Below, one piece after another: positions 1 to 8,279 of a DNA stretch of 64,000 nucleotides (the first letter of the stretch is position 1; every line of letters begins with the position of its first letter). This DNA is from Deltaproteobacteria bacterium. Its GTDB lineage: Bacteria; Myxococcota; Myxococcia; SLRQ01. The DNA is taken from positions 69,806-133,805 of the forward strand of contig JARGFU010000001.1 of the NCBI GenBank assembly GCA_029210625.1. Direction: 5' to 3'. The notes beneath the pieces were generated by a model. It searched no databases, had not been told where the DNA came from, and saw only the letters and a list, made by a program, of their open reading frames with translations. A program made the translations under genes and the position numbers.

Positions 1-740
1 TGCGCGAGCTCACCCTCTCGCGGGAGAAGCTCGTCGAGAACGCCGCCCACCTGCCCCTCGATCCCCGCCGTCCCCACACGATCCGCGCCCAGGGCCGGGT
101 CGAGGTCCTCTCCGGCTTCCAGCCGATCCACCAGGCCCTCTACTACGCCGACGGCAGGGGAGCGGTGCCGGATCGCTTCGGCCTGATCGACTCCCGGAAG
201 GGGCCGCTGCGCCTGGGCAAGGGCCACGAGGCCCTCCACGCGATCCTCCTCGACGCGGCCACCGCTCGCTCGGACTCGCCGACCATGCGCGACCTGGTCG
301 ACGCCTGGCCCACCGGCTCCCTGGTGGTGCGCACCCGCAGCGGCAGCGTCAGCCTGCGCTTCGAGACCCAGCGGCTGCAGCTGCGCCGGATGGGGCTGAA
401 GCTCCTGCCCCTCAACGGCTACCGGCTGATCGAGATCGAGGTGCAGCTCCACCCCGAGGAGGCGCCGGGCGTGGCCTCGCCGGTCTTCCCCGAGCAGGTC
501 TTCTTCGCCGGCTTCCGCTCCCTGACCACCCTGGGGGGCAGCTCCCCCGAGGCCTCGGCGCCGGTCTTCACCGTGGTGGGGGACGGCAAGAGCTTCACCC
601 TCGACCACGTGAACGAGCTCTGGGTCTTCGTGATCGCCGAGGATCCCGAGCAGGTGGTGGGCTCCCTGAGCCTCCAGATCCGCGACCTCGGACCGGGCCG
701 GGAGCTCGACGAGATCGCCGCCGAGGAGCGGGCGAAGTGA
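1..740 (+). CDS. Hypothetical protein, 5'-truncated at window edge
   Basis: Frame of ORF 165..740 stays open back to position 3 with no stop. GC3-rich coding-like composition. Its stop TGA overlaps the GTG start of the downstream kinase (GTGA at 737-740), which suggests co-transcription. Confidence 0.5.
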   Translation, partial: RELTLSREKLVENAAHLPLDPRRPHTIRAQGRVEVLSGFQPIHQALYYADGRGAVPDRFGLIDSRKGPLRLGKGHEALHAILLDAATARSDSPTMRDLVDAWPTGSLVVRTRSGSVSLRFETQRLQLRRMGLKLLPLNGYRLIEIEVQLHPEEAPGVASPVFPEQVFFAGFRSLTTLGGSSPEASAPVFTVVGDGKSFTLDHVNELWVFVIAEDPEQVVGSLSLQIRDLGPGRELDEIAAEERAK

Positions 741-2830
741 GCGCCGGGCGACTGGGCGGCTACGAGCTCCTCCGGCCCCTCGCCGAGGGAGGCATGGCCG
801 AGGTCTTCGTGGCCCGCAGCCCCGTCGGCCGGCGCGTGGCCCTCAAGCGCGTGCGCTCCGACCTCGCCTCGGATCCGAAGTTCGCAGAGCTCTTCCTGCG
901 CGAGGCGCGGATCGCCATCGGCCTCGAGCACCCGAACATCGCCCACGTCCTCGACGTCGGCGAGGCCGAGGGCAGCTACTTCCTGGTGATGGAGCTGGTC
1001 GAGGGGATCTCCCTCCTCGCCCTCGATCGGGCCGCGGCGGCCCGGGACCAGCGCCTGCCGGTGCCGGTCGTCGCCTGGATCTTCGAGCGGGTCGCCCGGG
1101 CCCTCCACCACGCCCACGAGCGCCGCGACGCCTCCGGTGAGCCCCTGGGGATCGTCCACCGGGACGTGAGCCCCCAGAACATCCTCCTGGCCGAGGACGG
1201 CGGGGTGAAGCTCATCGACTTCGGCGTGGCGCGCGCCACCAACAGCGCGACCCTCACCCGGCCCGGCGTGACCCGCGGGAAGTACCTCTACTTCTCCCCC
1301 GAGCAGATCCGGATGCGGCCCCTCGACGGGCGCTCGGATCTCTTCGGCCTCGGCGCGGTCCTCTACGAGGCCCTCGTCGGCGTGCGCGCCTTCGACGGCG
1401 AGCTCGTCGACGTCCTGGGCGCCATCAGCCGGGGCGAGCTCGTCGAGCCCTGCGTGCGGGATCCGGGGCTGCCCGCTCCCCTCGGGGAGATCTGCCTGCA
1501 GGCGCTGCGGGTGAAGCGCGAGGCCCGCTGGCAGACCGGCGAGGCGCTGGCGACCGCGCTGGAGCACTGGCTGCACCGGGAGGCGCCGACGGTCAGCGAC
1601 GCCGTGGTGCGTGACTACCTCGCCCACGTCGCCTCGGCCGAGCTCTCCGAGGCGGTCGGTCACGAGGTCGCCCCCCGGCCCTTCCCGCCCGAGCTCGCCG
1701 CCTGGGCCCGGCCGCTCCTCGCCGGCAGCCCGGCCCTGCTCTCGGCCGACCTGGCCGCGGCGGCCCTGCCCACCACCGCCGCGACGCCGATGACCCGCCT
1801 GGAGCGCACCCTGCGTCAGGCGCTGCTCCCGCTCCTGATCCTGGCGGTGGCCGCCGGCGGCTTCGGCCTCTGGTGGCTGGTCAAGCCCTCGACCACCACC
1901 CGCTTCGTCGGCCACCGGCCCGAGCCCGGGCCCGCGCTGCCCGAGGAGCCGGCCAGCCCCCCTCCCCCCGAGCCCCGGGCACCACCGCCGCCGCCCGACC
2001 CCCGGCCCGCGCTCCCCCGGCTGCCGGAGCGCCCGGCCGACGGCTCGGCGCGGCAGAGCGAGGCCCTCGACCAGGGGTGGATCCTCCTGCGCTTCGAGCT
2101 GGACGACGTCCTCCTCGATCTCTCCTCCCTCGAGCCCTACCTGGCCGAGGGGCCGGGCGAGGTGAAGCTCGAGGGCAGGATGATGATCGGCGGCGAGTGG
2201 ATGGGGACCCGGAAGCTGGTCCTCGTGGAGGAGACCCTGAAGGGGCGGCGCCGGCCGCGCTTCGTCCAGGCGCCCGGCTTCGAGGTCGACGGGTCGGTCC
2301 AGACCCTCCGCTTCCTCCTCCTCAACCCCAGCTCCTACGGCAGCCGCCGCTTCGTCTTCCCCGAGGGAGGCTTCGAGGCGATCCGCCCCGCTCCCGGGGC
2401 GCCGCCGATCCGCCTGGGCCCGGGCCAGATCACGGACCCCTGGGCGCACCGCCTGCCTTACGTGCGCATCGACTCGAACTGGCACTACGAGATGATCCCG
2501 CGGCTGGGGGTGCCCGGCTCCGGCGAGGAGGCCGAGCGGGAGAAGGCCACCTTCCTCTGGGTCTCCACCCCCGTGGACCTGCTCCAGTGGGGGAGCCGCA
2601 AGAAGGCGGGCCTGACCGGGGACGATCTCTGGGGCCTGATCGAGGAGGGGGAGACCCTGAGGCTCGACGGCATCGGCGCCGTATGGTTCGCCCTGCTCGA
2701 CGCCCCCGAGGGCGTCCACGAGGGCGCGGGTGTCGCGCAGTTCCTCGTCGAGGTGAGGCAGGTCGGCGTCTCGAAGATCTTCCAGCAGCGCCTCCTCGGG
2801 CCGCGCGGGAAGAAGGGGCGGCGGCGGTGA
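737..2830 (+). CDS. Membrane-anchored Ser/Thr protein kinase (Hanks-type)
   Basis: N-terminal kinase motifs YELLRPLAEGGMAEVFVA (Gly-loop), VALKRV (VAIK Lys), HRDVSPQNILL (catalytic loop), DFGVAR (DFG), SPEQ (APE-like). Pro-rich linker, a predicted TM helix (LLPLLILAVAAGGFGLWWLV), then a ~300-aa C-terminal domain. GTG start overlaps the upstream stop. Confidence 0.85.
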   Translation: MSAGRLGGYELLRPLAEGGMAEVFVARSPVGRRVALKRVRSDLASDPKFAELFLREARIAIGLEHPNIAHVLDVGEAEGSYFLVMELVEGISLLALDRAAAARDQRLPVPVVAWIFERVARALHHAHERRDASGEPLGIVHRDVSPQNILLAEDGGVKLIDFGVARATNSATLTRPGVTRGKYLYFSPEQIRMRPLDGRSDLFGLGAVLYEALVGVRAFDGELVDVLGAISRGELVEPCVRDPGLPAPLGEICLQALRVKREARWQTGEALATALEHWLHREAPTVSDAVVRDYLAHVASAELSEAVGHEVAPRPFPPELAAWARPLLAGSPALLSADLAAAALPTTAATPMTRLERTLRQALLPLLILAVAAGGFGLWWLVKPSTTTRFVGHRPEPGPALPEEPASPPPPEPRAPPPPPDPRPALPRLPERPADGSARQSEALDQGWILLRFELDDVLLDLSSLEPYLAEGPGEVKLEGRMMIGGEWMGTRKLVLVEETLKGRRRPRFVQAPGFEVDGSVQTLRFLLLNPSSYGSRRFVFPEGGFEAIRPAPGAPPIRLGPGQITDPWAHRLPYVRIDSNWHYEMIPRLGVPGSGEEAEREKATFLWVSTPVDLLQWGSRKKAGLTGDDLWGLIEEGETLRLDGIGAVWFALLDAPEGVHEGAGVAQFLVEVRQVGVSKIFQQRLLGPRGKKGRRR

Positions 2831-4860
2831 ACGAGCAGGACCCCTCCCGCCTGGGCCCCTATCGCCTGCTGCGCCCCCTGGGCGCGGGAGGCATGGGCGA
2901 GGTGCACCTCGCCGAGCGCATCGGGGCGGCCGGCGTCGCCAAGAAGGTGGTGGTCAAGCGCATCAAGGGGCTGCGCGCCTCCGACGCGCTGGCCCGGGAG
3001 CGCTTCGTGAACGAGGCGCGCATCGCCATGCGTCTCGATCACCCCAACGTCGTGCAGGTCTTCGACTTCGGCCAGGAGGAGGCCGAGAACGGAGAGCTCT
3101 ACCTGGTGATGGAGTGGATCGACGGCCCCTCCCTCTTCGAGCTCTGGCGCGCGGCCCGGCAGCAGGGCGAGCGCATCCCCTTCGGGATCTCGGTCTTCGT
3201 CGTGCGGGGGCTCCTCGCGGGCCTCCACTTCGCCCACGAGCAGCTCGACGAGGCGGGGCGCCGCCTGGGCATCGTCCACCGCGACGTCTCCCCGCAGAAC
3301 GTCCTCCTCGATCGCAGCGGCCAGGTGAAGCTGACCGACTTCGGCATCGCCCGGGCCCGCGACGTCGTCTCCCGCACCCGCCCGGGGATGGTGCGCGGCA
3401 AGCTGGTCTACTTCTCGCCCGAGCAGCTCTCCCACGGCGCCGTCGATCGTCGCACCGACGTCTTCGCCGCCGGCGCGGTGCTCTACCAGCTGCTGACCGG
3501 CTCCCTCCCGGTGAAGGGCGAGCCGGAGACGGTGCGCCGCCTGATCCTCGAGGGCGGGTGGGCGCCCGCCTCGATGGTCGAGCCCGAGCTGCCCGCCGAG
3601 CTCCAGGCGATCCTCGAGCGGGCGATGGCCCGCGATCCCGCCGAGCGCTTCCCCACCGCCGAGGCCTTCGGCGCCGCCCTCGAGGGCTGGCTCGGCGACG
3701 CCGGGCTCCCCGTCAGCGAGGAGGATCTGGCCGACTACCTCTGCTGGATCGATCGCGAGAGCGCACCGGAGGGCCTCGCCCGCCTCCCCGAGGGCTACGC
3801 CGAGGCCATGGCTCACTGGTCGCGGGAGGTGCCCGGGCAACGAGAGGATCCCGACCTGGGCACCGCCGCCCTGCCCCTGCCCGGGCAGCGCGGCGCCACG
3901 GGGAGCCGGCCGGCTGCGGCCCCCGCCCGGCCCTGGCGGCCGATCCTCGCCGGGCTCGCCCTCCTCCTCGGGCTGGCCGGGCTCGCCGGCTGGTGGGCCG
4001 GCCCGGCGAGGGAGCCCCCGGGGGAGGCGCTCCCGGAGGCGCCGCGAGGTCCGCCGGCCCCCGAGCCGCTGCCCCACGGCCCCTCCCCCCGGCCGGCGCC
4101 GCCGCCCGCCACGCCACCCCCGGCGGGCCCGCGCCTGAGCGACGAGGAGGGCCGCCCGATCCTGCGCCAGCCCGGGACGGACAGCCTCCTGCCCGAGGGA
4201 GGGGAGCGGATCCTCCTGCACTCCGCCCTCTCGATCGATCCGGCCACCCTCCCCTGGGTCTGGCTCCCCCTCCCGGGGGGCTCGCCGACCCGGCTGAGCG
4301 TGGAGGGAGAGGTCTCCCTCGGCGGGGTGGTCCCCCGTCGCCTGCACACGGTGCTGGTGCGCGTCGAGCGAGGCAGAACCGGCCAGCTCCTCCTGCTGCG
4401 GCCGGGAGCCCCCCTCGAGCTGAAGGGCCCGGGGCGGGTCGGCCTCGCCATCTGCGATCCCATGGGCATCGACGACAACACGGGCACCCTGGTCGTGGAG
4501 GCGCGGCGGGGCAAGCAGAAGCGCCGGTACAACGTGGATCCCCGCCGGAACGTCTTCCGGGCGGACACCATCGGCGGGGTCACCCTCCGCGGCCTGCGCC
4601 CGGGAGAGCACTATCGGATCTCGCTGGAGGCCTCGGCCCTGGCGCCCCCCCTCTTCTGGATCCACCCCCTCCAGGTCGGCGCGGCCTTCACCCGCCAGGG
4701 CGAGGTCGATCGCTCGCTCGGGCTCCTGCGCGACGGCGAGGAGGCCCGGCTCTTCGGGGTCGAGCTCCTCGAGCTGATGGTCATCGGCGACGCGCCCGCC
4801 GACACGCCCTACACCCTCTCGATCCGGCTCGTCCCTGCGAGCGAGGCCCATCCGGAGTAG
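2827..4860 (+). CDS. Membrane-anchored Ser/Thr protein kinase
   Basis: GTG at 2827 overlaps the TGA of kinase 1 (GTGA). Motifs YRLLRPLGAGGMGEVHLA, VVVKRIK, HRDVSPQNVLL, DFGIARA, SPEQ. Pro-rich linker and a TM helix (ILAGLALLLGLAGLAGWWAG) precede a C-terminal extracytoplasmic domain. The track ORF 1873..4860 is an upstream read-through in this frame. Confidence 0.85.
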   Translation: MNEQDPSRLGPYRLLRPLGAGGMGEVHLAERIGAAGVAKKVVVKRIKGLRASDALARERFVNEARIAMRLDHPNVVQVFDFGQEEAENGELYLVMEWIDGPSLFELWRAARQQGERIPFGISVFVVRGLLAGLHFAHEQLDEAGRRLGIVHRDVSPQNVLLDRSGQVKLTDFGIARARDVVSRTRPGMVRGKLVYFSPEQLSHGAVDRRTDVFAAGAVLYQLLTGSLPVKGEPETVRRLILEGGWAPASMVEPELPAELQAILERAMARDPAERFPTAEAFGAALEGWLGDAGLPVSEEDLADYLCWIDRESAPEGLARLPEGYAEAMAHWSREVPGQREDPDLGTAALPLPGQRGATGSRPAAAPARPWRPILAGLALLLGLAGLAGWWAGPAREPPGEALPEAPRGPPAPEPLPHGPSPRPAPPPATPPPAGPRLSDEEGRPILRQPGTDSLLPEGGERILLHSALSIDPATLPWVWLPLPGGSPTRLSVEGEVSLGGVVPRRLHTVLVRVERGRTGQLLLLRPGAPLELKGPGRVGLAICDPMGIDDNTGTLVVEARRGKQKRRYNVDPRRNVFRADTIGGVTLRGLRPGEHYRISLEASALAPPLFWIHPLQVGAAFTRQGEVDRSLGLLRDGEEARLFGVELLELMVIGDAPADTPYTLSIRLVPASEAHPE

Positions 4861-4891
4861 ACTCGGAACCGCACGCGATCGAGGACGCTTC

Positions 4892-7210
4892 GTGGCCGCC
4901 CGCAGCAAGACCCAGACCCGTTTCGGGAAGTACCGCCTGCTGCGCCGGCTCGCCCGGGGCGGGATGGCCGAGATCTTCCTGGCCCGCTACGAGGCGGCCG
5001 CCGGCATCTCGAAGGTGGTGGTGGTCAAGAAGATCCTGCCGGCCTTCGCCGACAACCCGCGCTTCCTCAAGATGTTCATCGACGAGGCCCGGGTCACGGT
5101 GGGCCTCTCGCACGGCAACATCGCCCAGGTCTTCGACTTCGGAGAGATCGACGGCAGCTACTACCTGGCGATGGAGTACGTGCAGGGGCAGGCCCTCTCC
5201 TCGGTGCTGACCCGGACGACCGAGGCCGGGCTCGCCTTCCCGATCCCCATCGCCTGCTTCGTGACCATGGAGGTCTGCAAGGGCCTCGGCTACGCCCACC
5301 GCAAGTGCGACGAGACGGGCAAGCCCCTCGGGATCGTGCACCGCGACGTCTCGCCCCAGAACGTGATGATCTCCTACGAGGGGCAGGTGAAGGTCGTGGA
5401 CTTCGGCATCGCGAAGGCCGCCAACCTCGCCGGCGACACGCGCGCGGGCGCCCTGAAGGGCAAGTACCTCTACTTCGCGCCGGAGCAGGCCCGCTCCCGG
5501 CCCATCGACGCGCGCACCGACGTCTGCGCCACGGGGATCGTCCTCTACGAGCTGCTCACCGGCCGCCGCCCCTACTCGGGGGTGCTGATGGACGTCCTCG
5601 AGTCGATCCTGAAGGGGCACTTCCCGAAGCCCCGCGCCCTCGAGCCCGAGATCCCCCCCTCCCTCGAGCGGATCGTGCTCAAGGCGATGGCGGTCTCCCC
5701 GGACGATCGCTACCAGTCCGCCGCCGAGATGCAGGAGGCCATCGGCGCCTTCCTCTTCAAGGCCGCCCCGCGCTTCACCTCCTCCTCGGTGGCTCACTTC
5801 GTGCGCTACCTCTACCAGCCGGAGATCGAGGCCACCGGCCAGGCGGTGGAGCTCCCCGAGAGCTTCCTCGAGCAGGTCCCCCTCTGGGAGCGCCGCCACC
5901 ATCGCTCCACCCCCACCTCCCCGGGCTCCGCCGGCTCCGGCGAGAGCGCCCTGCCGGGCACGGCCGAGGAGCGCGGCCGCCTCGAGAGCGGTGACACCGG
6001 CGTGGACACCGCGGGGACCGACAGCGGCTCCTTCGCCAGCGCCGACCTCATCCACCCCTCGACCGCCGAGGCCCCGCTGCCCCGCCCCCGGCGGCCCCTG
6101 CCCCGCCCCGTGATCTGGGGCGGCCTCGGCGCCCTCCTGGCCGTGATCTTCGCGGCGGCCGGCCTCACCGCGGCGTCCTCCATGAAGCGGGTGCCCGGCG
6201 TGGGGGTGCTGGCGATCGAGAGCGAGCCCCCCGGGGCCCGGATCTTCCTGGACGGAGAGGACACCGGCCAGGAGACCCCCTACGTCTTCCAGGGGCTGGC
6301 GCCCGGCCAGCAGTACGGCCTCACCCTGCGCCTCGCGGGACACCAGCCGAGGATGGCCTCGGTGACCGCCTCCACCACCGGCTCGACCACCGTCACCTAC
6401 GACCTCGCCCCCGAGCGCCAGCCGGTCGCGCCGGTGGTCACCGCCACCGACGAGGAGCTCGACGAGGCGATCCGCCAGGCCGCCGAGAAGGAGGCCCAGA
6501 CCAACATCTCGGGGCTGGCCGGCGCGCTGGGCGATCTGGCCGCCGAGATGGGCCAGACCGGCAAGAAGCTCGACCCGACGCCCCAGCGCGTGACGGTGCG
6601 CACCCTCGACGTCCGCAAGCTCGGAGGGATCTCCCGGGGCCTCGATCCCAAGCAGCGCAACACCCTCTCGATGACCGGCGCCGCCTTCCTCGCCGATCCG
6701 ATGGTCACCGCCGCGACCACCCAGGCCTACTACGTGGTCGAGCGCCTCCGCGGAGACGCCTCCCTCGACCGCGGCGTGCTCTCCTCCGCCGAGCCGATCC
6801 AGATCCCCGCCGGCGCCCACCGGGTGCACTTCCTCTTCGCCGACGACAACATCGACGACGACTCCGGCCAGCTCATCGTCCGCATCCAGCCCGACCGGGG
6901 CCGCTTCCGGGAGGTCACCCTCGATCCCCGCCGGCACAGCTTCTCACCGGCGAAGCTGGGGCTGCCCTACCTGCAGCACCTCAAGGTCACCGAGCGCTAC
7001 GAGATCTACCTCGGCGATCAGCCGCCCTGCCTCTACAGCCGGGGCCCGATGCTCAAGACCTGGAGCGGCCTCTCCACCCCCGAGCCCGCCATCGGGGTCT
7101 TCGAGGACGGCGCCCTCATGCGCGGCGGCGTCGATCTGCGCATCTTCGACCTCGCCGCCGGCCGCCGCCCGAACCGCACCCTCGTGGTCAAGGCCACCCA
7201 CTCGCGCTAG
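4892..7210 (+). CDS. Membrane Ser/Thr protein kinase with PEGA-like extracytoplasmic domain
   Basis: Motifs YRLLRRLARGGMAEIFLA, VVVKKIL, HRDVSPQNVMIS, DFGIAKA, APEQ. TM helix (VIWGGLGALLAVIFAAAGLTAA) followed by a PEGA-like segment (GVLAIESEPPGARIFLDGEDTGQETPYVFQGLAPGQQYGLTLRLAGHQP) and a ~300-aa C-terminal domain. Confidence 0.85.
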   Translation: MAARSKTQTRFGKYRLLRRLARGGMAEIFLARYEAAAGISKVVVVKKILPAFADNPRFLKMFIDEARVTVGLSHGNIAQVFDFGEIDGSYYLAMEYVQGQALSSVLTRTTEAGLAFPIPIACFVTMEVCKGLGYAHRKCDETGKPLGIVHRDVSPQNVMISYEGQVKVVDFGIAKAANLAGDTRAGALKGKYLYFAPEQARSRPIDARTDVCATGIVLYELLTGRRPYSGVLMDVLESILKGHFPKPRALEPEIPPSLERIVLKAMAVSPDDRYQSAAEMQEAIGAFLFKAAPRFTSSSVAHFVRYLYQPEIEATGQAVELPESFLEQVPLWERRHHRSTPTSPGSAGSGESALPGTAEERGRLESGDTGVDTAGTDSGSFASADLIHPSTAEAPLPRPRRPLPRPVIWGGLGALLAVIFAAAGLTAASSMKRVPGVGVLAIESEPPGARIFLDGEDTGQETPYVFQGLAPGQQYGLTLRLAGHQPRMASVTASTTGSTTVTYDLAPERQPVAPVVTATDEELDEAIRQAAEKEAQTNISGLAGALGDLAAEMGQTGKKLDPTPQRVTVRTLDVRKLGGISRGLDPKQRNTLSMTGAAFLADPMVTAATTQAYYVVERLRGDASLDRGVLSSAEPIQIPAGAHRVHFLFADDNIDDDSGQLIVRIQPDRGRFREVTLDPRRHSFSPAKLGLPYLQHLKVTERYEIYLGDQPPCLYSRGPMLKTWSGLSTPEPAIGVFEDGALMRGGVDLRIFDLAAGRRPNRTLVVKATHSR

Positions 7211-7262
7211 GAGCTACGAGCTACCAGCTACCAGCTACGAGCTGCGAGCTGCGAGCTGCGAG
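7211..7262. repeat. Heptanucleotide tandem repeat (GAGCTAC x2, CAGCTAC x2, GAGCTGC x3, partial) between convergent genes
   Basis: Read directly: gagctac gagctac cagctac cagctac gagctgc gagctgc gagctgc gag. It begins immediately after the TAG stop at 7208-7210. Confidence 0.8.
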
Positions 7263-7280
7263 AAAGAGGGGCGTCCGCGG

Positions 7281-7955
7281 CTACACAGCGTCGCGGAGGA
7301 AGTGCACGGCGGTGCCGCGGCTGCGGTAGTGACCGGCGACGCGGCGGACGACGAGGAAGCGGTGGAGCGCGTCGAGGACGTGGCGGCCAGTGGTGCCGAC
7401 GAGGGACTCGATCTCGGTGGGGGTCGCCGGGCCCTGGTCGAGGCGGTTGAGGACCGCGCGGGGGACCTTGCCGTAGCGGGCGACGAGGGGCTCGATGAGC
7501 TCGGAGGGAGAGTAGCGCTCGACCTCACCGTCGCGGATGTGGAAGAGGGCGGGGCCGGAGAGGTCGCGCAGCCAGATCCAGCGGATCGGCGAGGGATGAT
7601 CGAAGAGCCGCCAGGCCGAGACCAGGCCGTCGCCCACCGACTCGGCCAGCGCCGCCGCGTACCAGCGCGCCATCTCCGGAGAGGCCTTCAGGAGCGCCAT
7701 CCCGAGGCGGCGGGCGTCCATCCCCGCCCGGGGGGCGAGGACCTCGAAGCCCTCCTGCAGGGCCGCCTCGAGGTTGCGCTCGGGCAGGGCCATGCCCCGC
7801 TCGATCGCCTGGAGGGCCTGCTCGGGATCCGCCCGGGGGCCGTCGAGGCTGCGCGCGACCTCGGCCAGCGCGGTGGAGGAGCGAGCCAGGAGGGCCGTCC
7901 GGTGCTCGCGCCAGATTCTCTCGACGACCTGGATGGCATCCACCGTCTGTCTCAT
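7281..7955 (-). CDS. Hypothetical protein
   Basis: 224-aa ORF with non-low-complexity translation and coding-like GC3 bias. It is convergent with kinase 3 and divergent from the zinc-finger gene at 8012. Confidence 0.55.
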   Translation of the reverse strand: MRQTVDAIQVVERIWREHRTALLARSSTALAEVARSLDGPRADPEQALQAIERGMALPERNLEAALQEGFEVLAPRAGMDARRLGMALLKASPEMARWYAAALAESVGDGLVSAWRLFDHPSPIRWIWLRDLSGPALFHIRDGEVERYSPSELIEPLVARYGKVPRAVLNRLDQGPATPTEIESLVGTTGRHVLDALHRFLVVRRVAGHYRSRGTAVHFLRDAV

Positions 7956-8011
7956 CCGCGGAGTCTCCCACGAGTGCGTGGCGCAAGGCCACCTGTGCTA
8001 CGGTCGAATCC

Positions 8012-8278
8012 GTGCTCTCGGGGCGCTGCACCAACCACCCCAAGCGGGTGGCCGTCGGGGTCTGCATCATCTGCCGGGACGTGATCTGCATCGAGTGCTC
8101 GACCCCGATCGACGGCATCCACCGCTGCCACCGCTGCATCGCGCAGATGAAGCGGGCCGCCGTCCCGAGCCACTGGGAGGGCTCCGAGGCGAGCCTGATG
8201 ACGTGGATCGTCCTGATCCTCTCCTTCGGCGGGCTGACCCTCTACTGGATGGGTCTCTCGGCCCTCCTCTGGGGCTGA
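8012..8278 (+). CDS. Small zinc-finger (B-box-like Cys/His cluster) membrane protein
   Basis: GTG start. N-terminal C-x2-H ... C-x2-C ... C-x2-C ... H-x-C-H-x-C cluster (CTNHPKRVAVGVCIICRDVICIECSTPIDGIHRCHRC) followed by one TM helix (WIVLILSFGGLTLYWMGLSALLW). Stop lies 1 nt before the start of the next gene. Confidence 0.55.
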   Translation: MLSGRCTNHPKRVAVGVCIICRDVICIECSTPIDGIHRCHRCIAQMKRAAVPSHWEGSEASLMTWIVLILSFGGLTLYWMGLSALLWG

Positions 8279-8279
8279 C

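Noticed and set aside
419-2719. 766-aa minus-strand ORF antisense to kinase 1, plus similar very long ORFs 2485..4908(-), 3114..5210(+), 4781..6937(-), 8067..11336(-), 29586..32780(-), 56712..59822(+) and 60996..62894(-)
   Set aside because: Translations are extremely R/G/P/A/E-rich low-complexity strings. Each is antisense to, or frame-shifted within, a gene with clear conserved motifs. Stop-codon scarcity in a high-GC genome explains them.
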